Virus record (IMG/VR): IMGVR_UViG_3300013137_000017 | Location: 2,802-66,801 of that record | Direction: 5' to 3' (one strand) | DNA length: 64,000 nucleotides | DNA from: a virus | Part shown: in pieces, positions 32,701 through 37,561 of the stretch | Layout of the letters: every line of letters begins with the position of its first letter | How positions within the stretch are numbered: the first letter of the stretch is position 1 | Notes under the pieces: generated by a model | Database searches by the model: none | What the model saw: only the letters and a program-made list of their open reading frames with translations | What the model was told of the DNA's origin: nothing | Program-made: the position numbers and the translations under genes

Positions 32701-34522
32701 TATCCGCTGATGGATCTGATGAAGACTTATTGCCAATCATTGGACTGACAACGCCCATTGTAATAAGTGTAGAAAAGAATGCAGCCCATCCCTGATCCCA
32801 GTCAAAGTCATCTTCTATAACCTTTTTCCCTGAGAGTATACTATTGGCGAGTTCCTGTTTTCTTTCAAACTGATTACGTTCAGAAAGACTAATAGGCTTA
32901 AATTCATTCGCATCATATCTGTTAACAAGCATATACGGAGCGCCTGTATTTCCACGAGTAATACCATTACTGTCTTCCCATAAACCATTGTCTGGATTTT
33001 TTACTATATCATAACTACCAAAAGTATTCGCAAACCTATCAGCCCAGTTGCCATAATATCCATTTGCAAGAGAACTCAAGCCAGTGTGCATTAAACCCTC
33101 AACATCTTCTTCAACCATCTCAACGACTGATCCTATGCCAACTCTGTAAGCCCAGTGGCTATCCATAAGTTTAATAAGTTCACCGGGGCCTTTTGTAAGT
33201 GAGTTATAAACCTTATTAGCAATGGCTATCTTTGACGACTTTGCCAGTTCGGTTTGTGTTTTCCCGGTAAGGTTTACTTTTTCTCCATATTTCTGCTGAA
33301 ATATCTTTTTAAAATCCTGAGAAGTAAGTTTTTTTGCTCCTCCTTTTGAAGCAAGTTTATTTACAAGCTGTCCTCCAAGACGTTCATCCACAGGAATTAT
33401 CATTTCTGATAAATGTGTAGCAATACCATACGGTATTGAATTTCTTGCAGCTTCCATATAGTCAAGACCACCTTCCTGAAACTGTTCTTGAAACATACTC
33501 ATTGATTGTAGATCACCTGCAAATAACGATGCCTGTGTCGCAAGCCGTTGTGTCCATATAGCTCCAGCACCAAGAGCCCTGACACCCGCACCAACAGCTC
33601 CACCAGTAAGTATCATCCCTGCTAACTGGCCAACACCATTAAAAACCTGCGCAAGAAATGATGATGTATTATCAAACAAGCGTTTCTTCTCGTCTATATT
33701 TTGTGTAGATACGGAATTCGCCCAGTTTGTCATATTAACATATGACTGATACCAGTCTAATTCTTTATATGCTTCATCTGTTGAATCATGGCTAAGGCGA
33801 TATGTAAGAGATCCTATTGTCCCATATCCAGCGGCAATTCCTTTTACCATCAGCGGGCCAAAGCCATACCACATATTTCTTGACATCGTAGTAAGAGGAT
33901 TGTCCGATCTTATTTTTCTATCAAACCATCCTTTTATCGTTTCAGAAGAGACAAGGGTTCCTTGTGGAGCTTCTTGCCAGAAGAATGAATTTCCGTCAGG
34001 AGCCAGTTTGCGATACAAGTATCCTTTTGCCATTGCAGCTTCTGCAAGTGGACGCATATTTCCATCTGCAGAGATATACACATTTTTCATTGAGGCAGAA
34101 GCATCTCCAGGGTCTGTCTGCAAAAATCCGGTAGCCGGGTCAAATATCCCGAATTCAGGGCCGCTTTTTTTTGTATCATGAACACTGTAATTCGATACTT
34201 TCAGACCATACTCTTTTGCAAATATCCTTCCCCATGGATTATTATCGGCATATACAGTACTGGTCTCATATGGATTCCAGTCCTGATTTTTATAGACATG
34301 CATCATGCCATCAAGTTCTCCGATAAGTCTATCAACTTCTTCTGGTTTATCTTTAAGTTCAGGATAGTTCGTAACAAGTTCATCTTTCGATGGTGGACGC
34401 ACCTGTAATCCAGTCTCTTTTTCCGCTTCAAACAGATCACGATATGTTGCTCCTTTATGGATTGCATCGAATAAGTCGATATATTGTTTCGGTTTGTTTT
34501 CTGGTAATATTGGCTCTGCCAT
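14765..34522 (-). CDS. giant virion RNA polymerase polyprotein (crAss-like, two-barrel RNAP) with SF1 helicase and two zincin motifs
   Basis: 6585 aa; RIP...NSDYDGD catalytic loop (DYDGD 21149-21163); LTDG; Walker A GYTGVGKS (30224-30247); HESMH (26405-26419); HEIAH (18773-18787). Confidence 0.88.
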   Translation of the reverse strand: MAEPILPENKPKQYIDLFDAIHKGATYRDLFEAEKETGLQVRPPSKDELVTNYPELKDKPEEVDRLIGELDGMMHVYKNQDWNPYETSTVYADNNPWGRIFAKEYGLKVSNYSVHDTKKSGPEFGIFDPATGFLQTDPGDASASMKNVYISADGNMRPLAEAAMAKGYLYRKLAPDGNSFFWQEAPQGTLVSSETIKGWFDRKIRSDNPLTTMSRNMWYGFGPLMVKGIAAGYGTIGSLTYRLSHDSTDEAYKELDWYQSYVNMTNWANSVSTQNIDEKKRLFDNTSSFLAQVFNGVGQLAGMILTGGAVGAGVRALGAGAIWTQRLATQASLFAGDLQSMSMFQEQFQEGGLDYMEAARNSIPYGIATHLSEMIIPVDERLGGQLVNKLASKGGAKKLTSQDFKKIFQQKYGEKVNLTGKTQTELAKSSKIAIANKVYNSLTKGPGELIKLMDSHWAYRVGIGSVVEMVEEDVEGLMHTGLSSLANGYYGNWADRFANTFGSYDIVKNPDNGLWEDSNGITRGNTGAPYMLVNRYDANEFKPISLSERNQFERKQELANSILSGKKVIEDDFDWDQGWAAFFSTLITMGVVSPMIGNKSSSDPSADMQFSMFARMVADNPALRVSVEKELTTMVQKGEIGKNYMTTAGEVIKDGTVANSQAGELVSMFLDDLDIRVGVIQKYGLNSPQVALATDGIPSLIDSAVKSGEVIDHIDASLEELANGKKVTPKSVSFSKEPVVDGTETKEELKEEREEYVKKMRDIIEPKTDVIYDKNGSLLHPKKSLAYTNLFLQFEAIKDAMSRQAEDQAILDVRTKMRIDDENYGDEVKKITNEYLEKFNKSLTLGEATGIFSHVIDALKLYDFEDRNSFINHLDRNFKAKIDKYNQEITKPMEDRSFDILSESGPVGFERVMQHIDEAIGLIPDMLTNKKSLSSTKENISGLISQLSESLNNTTSESFTTDQQKTLKDRIERHIEAINNQRIAFKEQIKDGDEISAVESGASLVELRKIQESIGSILNVETGKKNKITTVTELLGQDPNVRVDIIKSIVDRLGIRTNTKVSEDMLWKFLSDNEIIGTTVLNNPVDVLKKANEFYKRVRAVELAINMNKTFFQDNVESNPQAIEHTKLWNNEFRLTDIEINRINNNITEIKSQLRSIIIAAENDERIRSMEKIRVKLQHMEMQYSFLRFIFEKDKDIPEFAKAITDLQSFLAKNVEKDDAATHIRQIWMKYQNATKTTRDEMELKIITELEKHLVATTDTLSGKLKDIEEEVIKNWPMTGYAWFSEFTDKLIVDMNTSDGFGGVLTVENYEEGKATYGIKNAPLTTSRQLFFYYTLNMLHLINTLGETGKGTKFSYKEVRQAYRDFYQKHKLGKIGLPFIFPSSYEQQEIIIQAVIYSLSPGNEFIAKTRKDVSKTLMPNTVVIRGYTGVGKSTQAAIDIAGTRKELTGKFQNVLVVVPNQFYQDNYESLSKSMGGLLSDSKFTIIKESDFIKNNIKEKYDYVVVEEASAWSIKEQQIINRRISKAVSENKGMTFFMIGDSEQLPNFEDSDAFGSYIDQLGMRLLPMVTIFRSGIRTMHSTLAKIRSSNSNEMIDVGELIYDTEDGVRFGIYSHQSQQELIADFLDRKKLPGQGPQDSILVVFDKEEMEYVLEKYPEVKDYESSIRTCVKDPSDSKRWFSGEGHESVFLYTNVFDEGNKKIYPGNRVGNSSAKRILITTLGRAQGSNAYVAIVSTVKSIAGNIQRFSEIEPTMNLNDMMNYIATLREVAPGDEYLLKVPKGEENYDFNRNTNVNNEKDVYQKTKEFLDSLKKPHTGEEQESRVTAIIHQEAVEEGILPEDETDRMNYNARFSQVFQKAILSIIDNKNHPLEEVVSAVEELNKVIVSEKMRIDNPIAFAKSMIKSITTDPQMISLVKSKLSVLLPEIKSKDGTYGHPFLINIVGYTYQDGKVSPIVDIYDLEINNRKNTILDLDARKLGTYAAILLEQGYKINNINVFNYESKPGFAFSWGVPMTLSDDMKTKYIKDGFERIGTEATTPLVSEEEFYQNERIIPDENVDELFPGSDMYYNTTWVNMNTGQMAIIKNVTAIYEESKMIYHVYLDGYEDPLTVEEFQNQYFYQSKFRLFNKFVETAHEFSNNNILYSSGAVYLFPLTTTKYGIPYNENDFYAKDSALVNVRKIINRRLMPGTILQKKYFESINAIVVNPVTGVVNRNETKFSNVIINMIPQDKMDAFFEGIMKDVKKEIKRVSGEQAAKAVTKEWMEAQGLHYISIDSEPEFDFSSKEDKGKTVRALDKFSELRDYVDGKKNYTTDELEAFFRNNGAFISDKKFRDILIDLNVYRLKLLRQLIGGEEVFVEIKKITEGNALNKFSDDEAITWDQLLSNAERYGFRVHPIESRLVKIPKINGRKRFIAKLSWNNEKNGSEILLDAAPLFDAESLSGYVTDIIREFEETINSLEFRQKLSVAEKLLMLPEEERSEKELDEALKQAYAIYEETQAYNFITINEAFFKRYPEFSKLIYFNQKGFLNISTYGSLTDKSGNPITTVEAKSKAILFVLKEILKMKDTLNLKNQPMRKAAWTGHKGQFITENIVTKTYGLSQKSFYLSIPDERPGVASVDEEKDSWLMPVGSDGVLTDNFVDKEVALDQIRDILGVSFKNVDFVDMNRIMEMPASRQFYGMVLQAFISLSEHNGMVNPYAGRHESMHIITEYVITAEAREQLLADIKQHIVKIGRAVDVTEITDKQAIEYIASIFQDKSYRGRGISGFVKRILDWITMVINRIRGKEYSMVNVLYDADRGVFRDHQFQNLSNFTSEYLMPIENEYNSPEVHEKLTEIFKTQENINRIKGELLAPMFIKHYSEWSKDMAQGVDPAWITVTKMYEDLLVIREKILNEGKIQSANVVADEQGERLTDIVYNEKNRKTIYLFDPNSVDGIRTEDVFISHITPEQYDLMQMARTKSGEFRISNEKILRQYEIIHMVSNKTLFFSMMQDIFGNIRLDKLIKSEGLTFDEYTKTIFKLQAGDFNDTNHVGNRSFIVNIVLNTIPKWKVSADGIWKKYDENKRLKHGFCETAVLDKMLLRSVQKILNRGEELTFDAWMNELRMLKKSLPTGNEKNLLQSFLFEIGDEAIYTNADSLIAKNKINNRTSWMFEGIGMLKLVDDFIDPIKRNYMRAYIDKTGMDEADYMEKIFSFWNLLNALMNHYESLYEKEALKFTVSTMGRIETTEYKDLHRSGARSNIKNSIGIKLMDASGTRINDLVRQKLNPGERQWFEVSADGIVNTRTGKQILEKGVFDITVTNAKDLFDFLGIFIYPEQIKTLHDENLLGSYKEIGQGLYYMMLSVKVNIMLSDAVDKMVTDELNKELIHQKLNEDKITNGLWTILMNYYKDNSDHPTYSINTIYNIDNTTERVAYPSPPDQFKFLGKIADATEYNYSKNSTDATRNVENNISFKVNRSSTLFDLFATVGQMNYDGSNIIVKRILKKIQEEGGVLLNNKNNMLLANNIKFDRIMSTIDGITAPLKGVKFENMSDADKYQVLIEKSLEEILYTKEMSAGFAILETFSDRAIYPNFPRFFYQKNGKDVSLVDKKYFETFNRLRTLQISTSVLIDQLEIIKRYYEDLKKYSKENWNAYKSGKKELKDLVLYRDYIIKNGTILPGNAITQTDNPIADINITKLRDMSTLEADKAIYAAFSQHINLSLQKIADSAHNLSAFEVSLFDTFELTDKFKNSLTPQDRIGIEEETLNSSKTLGEFFRKYEQDVQNYRDRLKELQAQRKKLLKLGKEEETKELLSKIYSLSNAVTASNEIRDDFFLLIGKEMKNNGYKQVKEENTTYHPLLEAIYWNHYFINEMVTPLVRGPVYGYKNFIDFIKRGTGPVAPGDKYATINEDDRYSAILDVLPKESRVVYLKDVVGLNTLFGKKEIKLTDGLSIMNPIYDRMLFLASAASAGTLGIGSKKNVNNYYSHRYETEIFHKYNQYPIPESQFKNSSFYQEMTRMMIGDELYSMLKTMLANNVPYYQAIDNLVRYVQQDSEGWNKKMVGYVVFSSAVKTGVTKVNDLKSRTGENVTLDNVTVPMELNSDENIVWVRNDTLRHQTKMRQNPFGEETSLPLQVIHVTGTFDHNKDINERYTDAIRLNIDKWITKIQSMKRGELIDYIRKNALRRGRNVSYAGKHLSLLNDPSVDINAIRSFAIQMFYNDAESALRFKLPGAFHVQAPSFTKIKMVQTKNGRSIPVLSNSDENLENDSVEGYRMIMPHGYVTEDGSEITSRDELDKNPKAIYRPAEVIAPFHHMDKFGLTPDITLKEAMTYVIGEDVYSLYDSGLKTQRSSSDEIYQELSKAFADPDISVDDIYMAFGSKMASVLRRKYEEYILEKDPAKEGTLEMSGKLLNKKHIISYLSRYYFAFNEALNVFIVRIPTTNSNMGSLGRIVAFANDAENLIYLSPERNQLDNSDYDGDSVNIIYHPIKDDASIDTENIDQIMFFRGIQEYYNNYKNHPFILTALETDTLENFAESLSEDKPQDLLWPFSNFGKIVENDRIIYDGKVLVGHFANLNNFFTTLFTIPKGKRTELFGSSTFLGKDVAIPETFAMIAKLVQAATVNAGLGGALGRLNINVYTSPLIAGLLFSGLNSSEQAEMDKFETVEEKQKYFEERIYKILTSPAVVKATAKTINANRATSEFTSKIWKYLTGVETVEGYSMQELKNIALKGEQVRRLINFIAIEKSIGGNIFELTGNIKNVEKWLGMDLSVFLSNIDAIRKKNTKYVKTPKQQAEYFIENFYQYSSDKSAKNKMGNEINIRNTFNIAEVIANIPRSISYLDLMNQLEKSIKRVFLVDQNIDILTDLVREKTQRNELWGEDEFNPLVDDFEKFIIGNVMENETFSFEDDFMNELGLKNGVFTMDQSEYGRGLFMALAPQYLSYLKQYDAYKNNLFVQEIERTSNVNLSEQIQFSGSLSIDDHRRNVMIIDFRKLNPKHQQFFRLYSALNFGFEVRNGSFNSMIDNNIERQYGEFVRKDRGSAGTLYNPDMDYLSDEIIRKNGILTKYDRTNKSGAKFTRRNKDLRIRMMLMETDSMGEVKKSVNPYPFTVNPYFSSSSNVPYLTGKPIGSDKIVKFHRDGIIKLSFDYEHGVFAPEAKTMGFQVKGGDTVVLSDSSHARVVWHDKYNIDYVKEKKNDTLSSRLRKDNRLASEMIDGLIYFINKAFPNIKFILTSNSDPTNPNRSDIAFIYNGKVYINTDRIQKDTPIHEIAHIVILIMKSISHPSYESLRSEALRIINSNNEEAKLIKAAYPYLSGEDLVDEVISNIAGWKSESDVADFLNSWKSRQADRKMEIWNSVKDFITSLWNALRNFFYTIFGLDPKLNLNISPEMQTLEQFAKVLTDAVFSGKSISSLNSEKLMQLQSGVMLSSKSVNPVVSLKNFHDVIYLGEANVETRRKLQIRWLKDVIRNNKNDVPIFISPGYGKFGDLDDPKNQPVLENLFDQYEAYKNNFGDKVIEYLMGGRKEIDTFVNDMGDTVSRYTDQTTMKFKRSIGFSRHSKYMRYSKLKDNKNLKHLYDENYVFPGFDPIVSIDYTSDKGIGLSIYDVQSGSLGAYDTLTPKNSKMFHYIIDKRTAVRKGINIDNKEIEFHKLYLMMLAQKFVEDKKVVINDMGVVQLYAGKHGEDRTGGGVSFEQIDNVALGKTMLNIGKVPEIMEILKGSPLSERFDQKNIRHITQDYIASLKAKKDKEGVGLRGITVNTRISDAEKISVLSRQLRRLQKKISDISIGTQHYSIDDIEEMRMIIGTIFQIRGIPVMDYNINQYMDLDQLRLFVTDTSSIGQEDVQKIRRFGLDIFGRVINNYNQMMLPLKEKDGVFDYIYKEFAPLLTGRVLNISDHLFDRLYVQEKGLDGKMHYTGHIYWTDDVNDPHIRTAWEREMAKKAKELGLSKELLAAGRKIVNVIEQALIYNLTKHYQNEPSGYLMAKDQLEFTEDDAKAMLFSEESTYVRGMIPILPQSAGEKFSQGKIYAGMKARVMELTDVYSQYSESSRAEIDEIDDLNKMRDMFFWQFGITNSQKEKYGNTRRSYGLLGLGVETVVENGVNVDKYVLKDEEVNKNISKNLEMLMNYFVMSSIRNGEIEENLLPTINAMKIVALNDRVNKDYKNLGVSQFLELFDEQAIRGKRKKITPKEVDTTLQILSSVAAPLVMAFNINIPIISLVTNGMYAFVEGITSNIAKKGGFDKKYFGSQHLLKSTAAFLTKNGFKKMTQLAMHDFQLVSSNDYELINLPIHQKTKKSIFTRFYVNWGNWATDVFARCVAMGAQMMHDGSWDAYDYDEKTGTVTYDPKKDKRLGWNGKDFSEAGKAYMEWQKKRAAYENTVGPVKGYTLEEARLFKVLSDKYIIGAYDNKTRSLWANYMIGKMFLMFKQWMITRFENAFAVEKTLDEGGKVEMIKDENGEWTAQWERVMVDGTVSTVYGYIRDSILAKKPLSLKNLSASKKYAMTKATMNLAMYTFMYFLFAQLVDQGEDEDKDKPIPNWRIVKNFRYAYQSLLVWPMMIEGVTRPFPAVDILAGFWQDMFGNFKLKNAPFANQGYDLIEPLIDEQE

Positions 34523-34528
34523 GGCTTA

Positions 34529-36547
34529 CTAATTTAAAGATGAACGAATAGAAGAATAAACTGGATTAGTTGTCATTGCTTCTTTTTGAAACTTATTTTT
34601 GGATTCTTCCTGATGTGCCTGGATAATCATTGAATCATTCGCCAAAAGAAGTCGAACAACATAATAGTCTTTTGGATTATCAAGGATATCTTTTTCCATA
34701 TTTGCTGAATATACATCATCAAGAAGTTTTCTATTTCTTATATACATTGGATCACTTGTTTTAAATCCGCTGATATAATCCTGTGCAAAATCGTAATCCA
34801 GCAATTCTTTATAGGTAAGTTCTTTTATTTCGTCTCCTATCGGAATACGGATTCTCAGGTTTTCTGCATCATCTTTGTTTATGAGAAATAGACCATCCTG
34901 CAATGACTGGTGCGCTGGCCCAAACAACTGATCGCCTTTATAAATTGCATTTACATTTAATAGTGTTGCTGATCCCTGCAGGTCGAGTTTTGAAAGTTTA
35001 TCTTCTCCAATAAACAAGACGAGATTATTTGCAAGATCCTGTCCGGCATACCCATGGTCTTTAAGAAAACTTTGTCTATCTACCGGATATACTCTTAGGT
35101 CAAACATATTTTTATAATAAGAAGATACTTTCGCCATAATTTCAGGTCTATGACTATACATTGTTTTTAAAGTATTTTCTTTTGCTGTTTTTAACATTTC
35201 ATTTTTTTCTGCTGGTGTTGCTTTCTTGTATTCTTCAGATGCTTCTATCTCTTTCATACGTCCAAGCCAAACCTGACTAAAATTATTATAAACACTCATT
35301 CCCTCTACATCTTGGGGAACAAGCATTGATATATTTATTGTTTCTTCTGCCGGATGATTTAATACTGCATTTGTAAACGTACCATAAGGAACAGTCCCTT
35401 TTCCTGTAGGATCAGTCCCTTTTCCATCAGAAAAATCTTTTATTTTATAACTATCCAGTTGATCTACATCTTTTATCATTCCTTCCATTTTTGTGTAGAT
35501 CCTGTTTTTAACATATTTTCTCTGGATATCTGAAAATATTGACGTTTCTTTAGGTGTCAGTTGTTGGTTATTCACATATTTGTTTACTATATCTGTTTCT
35601 TTTTTATCCATGATAAACCATGCTTGCTCATTCATCCGGATTGCAATATTCTGGTTATTATTTTCATCTTTCATTATGGAAGCTGCGTTAAGATCTTCAA
35701 AAAAACCACTCATAAGATCACTTACAACATCCATAGGAAGATTATCAATGAGACTATTTGCTGCCTTTTCTTTTCCATATCTATCTGTCTTAGTCCTGAT
35801 CTCATTAAGATACGTAACGTTCTCATCTCCTGTAATATCTTGCATTCTTTCTGTTCCAAGAAATTTTCCTTTATCATCAAAAACCGGTTTAAATATCAAT
35901 GATTCATTAATTAGGTTTTCACGTATGAACTTATCATAACTACCGGTATATTTTGTCATAACCGGATACTGGTATCTATTTGGACTACCTGTACTGGTGA
36001 AAGTAGTATGCTGTTCAGGATTAAGTAAGTCATTTTGATTAAGCCAGACCAGTTTCTCTCCATCATTTGTCTGGACAGACTGTGTTACGACATCCCAACT
36101 TCCGCTTTTTCCAGGTTTTACTGCTACACGCATTCCATTTGCAGGATCTTCTCTTAAATCTTTTTGTGCCTGCTCCCAACTTTCAAAGTTGTTTAAAAAG
36201 ACGCTTTTCATAGATTTATTATTTACTTCATGAAGCATATCCCGATAAAGAGCCTGGTTATATTTCTTCTGTATAGAAGGATCAAAGATCGCCTTTCGGT
36301 TTTTCATTATTGCATTGGAATATTCTTGTTTGGCTTGCATAAGAATTGCCTTTCGATTTACTTCCTGCATTTGGTATGCCATAAAATCACCTGGGAGCAT
36401 CTGTGCAGCAAGATCTTTATCTTCTGCGACTTCTTCTCTATTCTGCTCCCTATAACTCTGCGACATCATTCCTGATGGAATATTGGCAGATTGTCCTTGT
36501 GTCGTACCAAACAGTTTTGCTTGTTGTACACCCCATCCTATAGCCAT
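34529..36547 (-). CDS. probable ejected cargo protein
   Basis: About 672 aa, directly upstream of the vRNAP; ATG 36547 preferred. Confidence 0.6.
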   Translation of the reverse strand: MAIGWGVQQAKLFGTTQGQSANIPSGMMSQSYREQNREEVAEDKDLAAQMLPGDFMAYQMQEVNRKAILMQAKQEYSNAIMKNRKAIFDPSIQKKYNQALYRDMLHEVNNKSMKSVFLNNFESWEQAQKDLREDPANGMRVAVKPGKSGSWDVVTQSVQTNDGEKLVWLNQNDLLNPEQHTTFTSTGSPNRYQYPVMTKYTGSYDKFIRENLINESLIFKPVFDDKGKFLGTERMQDITGDENVTYLNEIRTKTDRYGKEKAANSLIDNLPMDVVSDLMSGFFEDLNAASIMKDENNNQNIAIRMNEQAWFIMDKKETDIVNKYVNNQQLTPKETSIFSDIQRKYVKNRIYTKMEGMIKDVDQLDSYKIKDFSDGKGTDPTGKGTVPYGTFTNAVLNHPAEETINISMLVPQDVEGMSVYNNFSQVWLGRMKEIEASEEYKKATPAEKNEMLKTAKENTLKTMYSHRPEIMAKVSSYYKNMFDLRVYPVDRQSFLKDHGYAGQDLANNLVLFIGEDKLSKLDLQGSATLLNVNAIYKGDQLFGPAHQSLQDGLFLINKDDAENLRIRIPIGDEIKELTYKELLDYDFAQDYISGFKTSDPMYIRNRKLLDDVYSANMEKDILDNPKDYYVVRLLLANDSMIIQAHQEESKNKFQKEAMTTNPVYSSIRSSLN

Positions 36548-36568
36548 AATACGATATTTTACAAATAC

Positions 36569-36594
36569 CAAAACCCCGCATCATCTGACCGGGG
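36569..36594 (-). terminator. probable intrinsic terminator
   Basis: CCCCG-N11-CGGGG followed by TTTTG on the - strand, downstream of the GroES-like gene. Confidence 0.45.
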
Positions 36595-36616
36595 AATAGC
36601 ATTCTGTGTTAATAAA

Positions 36617-37012
36617 TCAGTTAACTTGTTTCTCATCCATCTCACGAAAGAATTTCATTTTTTCTCTTTCTTCTTCGGATGGACGGTAATGGAATTTTGC
36701 TTCTGAGAAATGGATCATAAAATATGTGATGCCTTCAATGACAACCATATTGTCTGGCTTTGGTTCGACTGGGTAGTTTAGCAAAATCACATCGCCGGCC
36801 TTTATATCCGACTTATATTTCGCATCACCAAAGTAGAAAAATTCTGGAGCAATGATCACAAGCGCTCTGAGCGGATGATCATAATAAGAACTTTTCCCTC
36901 CCATTTCGAGTAAGGTTCGCGGATCAATTATTCCCGATTCTTTTTTTGGTTTGGTATAGATCGGATCCACCAATAAAACATTGTTCCCTGCTTTAATTTC
37001 ATTTAGATTCAT
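36617..37012 (-). CDS. GroES/Cpn10-like co-chaperonin
   Basis: NVLLVDP...KKESGIIDP mobile loop; IKAGDVIL; VIEGITYFMI. Confidence 0.72.
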   Translation of the reverse strand: MNLNEIKAGNNVLLVDPIYTKPKKESGIIDPRTLLEMGGKSSYYDHPLRALVIIAPEFFYFGDAKYKSDIKAGDVILLNYPVEPKPDNMVVIEGITYFMIHFSEAKFHYRPSEEEREKMKFFREMDEKQVN

Positions 37013-37023
37013 ATACTTTTTTT

Positions 37024-37332
37024 TTATCCTGACATTTCAATAATTTGCTCCAGAAATTGTTCCTTCATTATCTTTTTCAATAAGTCTCTTAATATTGGAT
37101 AAGGCATATTAATATCAAACTCTTTTCCATTCCTACAATATATTCTGGCATATCTTAGCTTTTTTATATCTTTCATATCAATATCCGGCCCTGGAGATTG
37201 TGATATAGAACTTATATCTGTCACTTTAACAAAAAATTTCATGGGAATACTGATAACATGTATCTCCCTTTCTCCTGTAACGGTGAATATTTCTTCATCC
37301 TGGTAAGAAAATCCTTCTAATTCAATGTTCAT
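37024..37332 (-). CDS. hypothetical protein
   Basis: 102-aa ORF; TGATG overlap with the upstream ORF. Confidence 0.65.
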   Translation of the reverse strand: MNIELEGFSYQDEEIFTVTGEREIHVISIPMKFFVKVTDISSISQSPGPDIDMKDIKKLRYARIYCRNGKEFDINMPYPILRDLLKKIMKEQFLEQIIEMSG

Positions 37333-37490
37333 CAGTAAAATATTTTACCATCACGACGAATTAAAACGGAAGAACCTTTTTTTCCACACTTAGGACATAT
37401 GGCGCGACAGACGCATCCCATATGTGTGTATTCTGTTCCATCTTCAACACATTTAACTTTCTTCGATACTCTTTTTGGTTTTCGATTCAT
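37332..37490 (-). CDS. small zinc-ribbon protein (not in the ORF track)
   Basis: 52 aa: MNRKPKRVSKKVKCVEDGTEYTHMGCVCRAICPKCGKKGSSVLIRRDGKIFY; follows a promoter. Confidence 0.65.
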   Translation of the reverse strand: MNRKPKRVSKKVKCVEDGTEYTHMGCVCRAICPKCGKKGSSVLIRRDGKIFY

Positions 37491-37506
37491 GACAGTGATT
37501 CAATTT

Positions 37507-37538
37507 CAAAGATATATCTATATCAATTCCTTTCCAAA
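37507..37538 (-). promoter_or_regulatory. Bacteroidota sigma70-type promoter
   Basis: TTTG-N20-TATCTTTG, a match to the -33/-7 consensus, intergenic. Confidence 0.75.
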
Positions 37539-37561
37539 TATTGTTAATAAAATTCAAAGTA

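Noticed and set aside
37024-37332. LytTR/FlbD-like output domain that could partner the receiver
   Set aside because: Only a vague beta-beta-NG-helix resemblance, and 22 kb from the receiver; needs HHpred.
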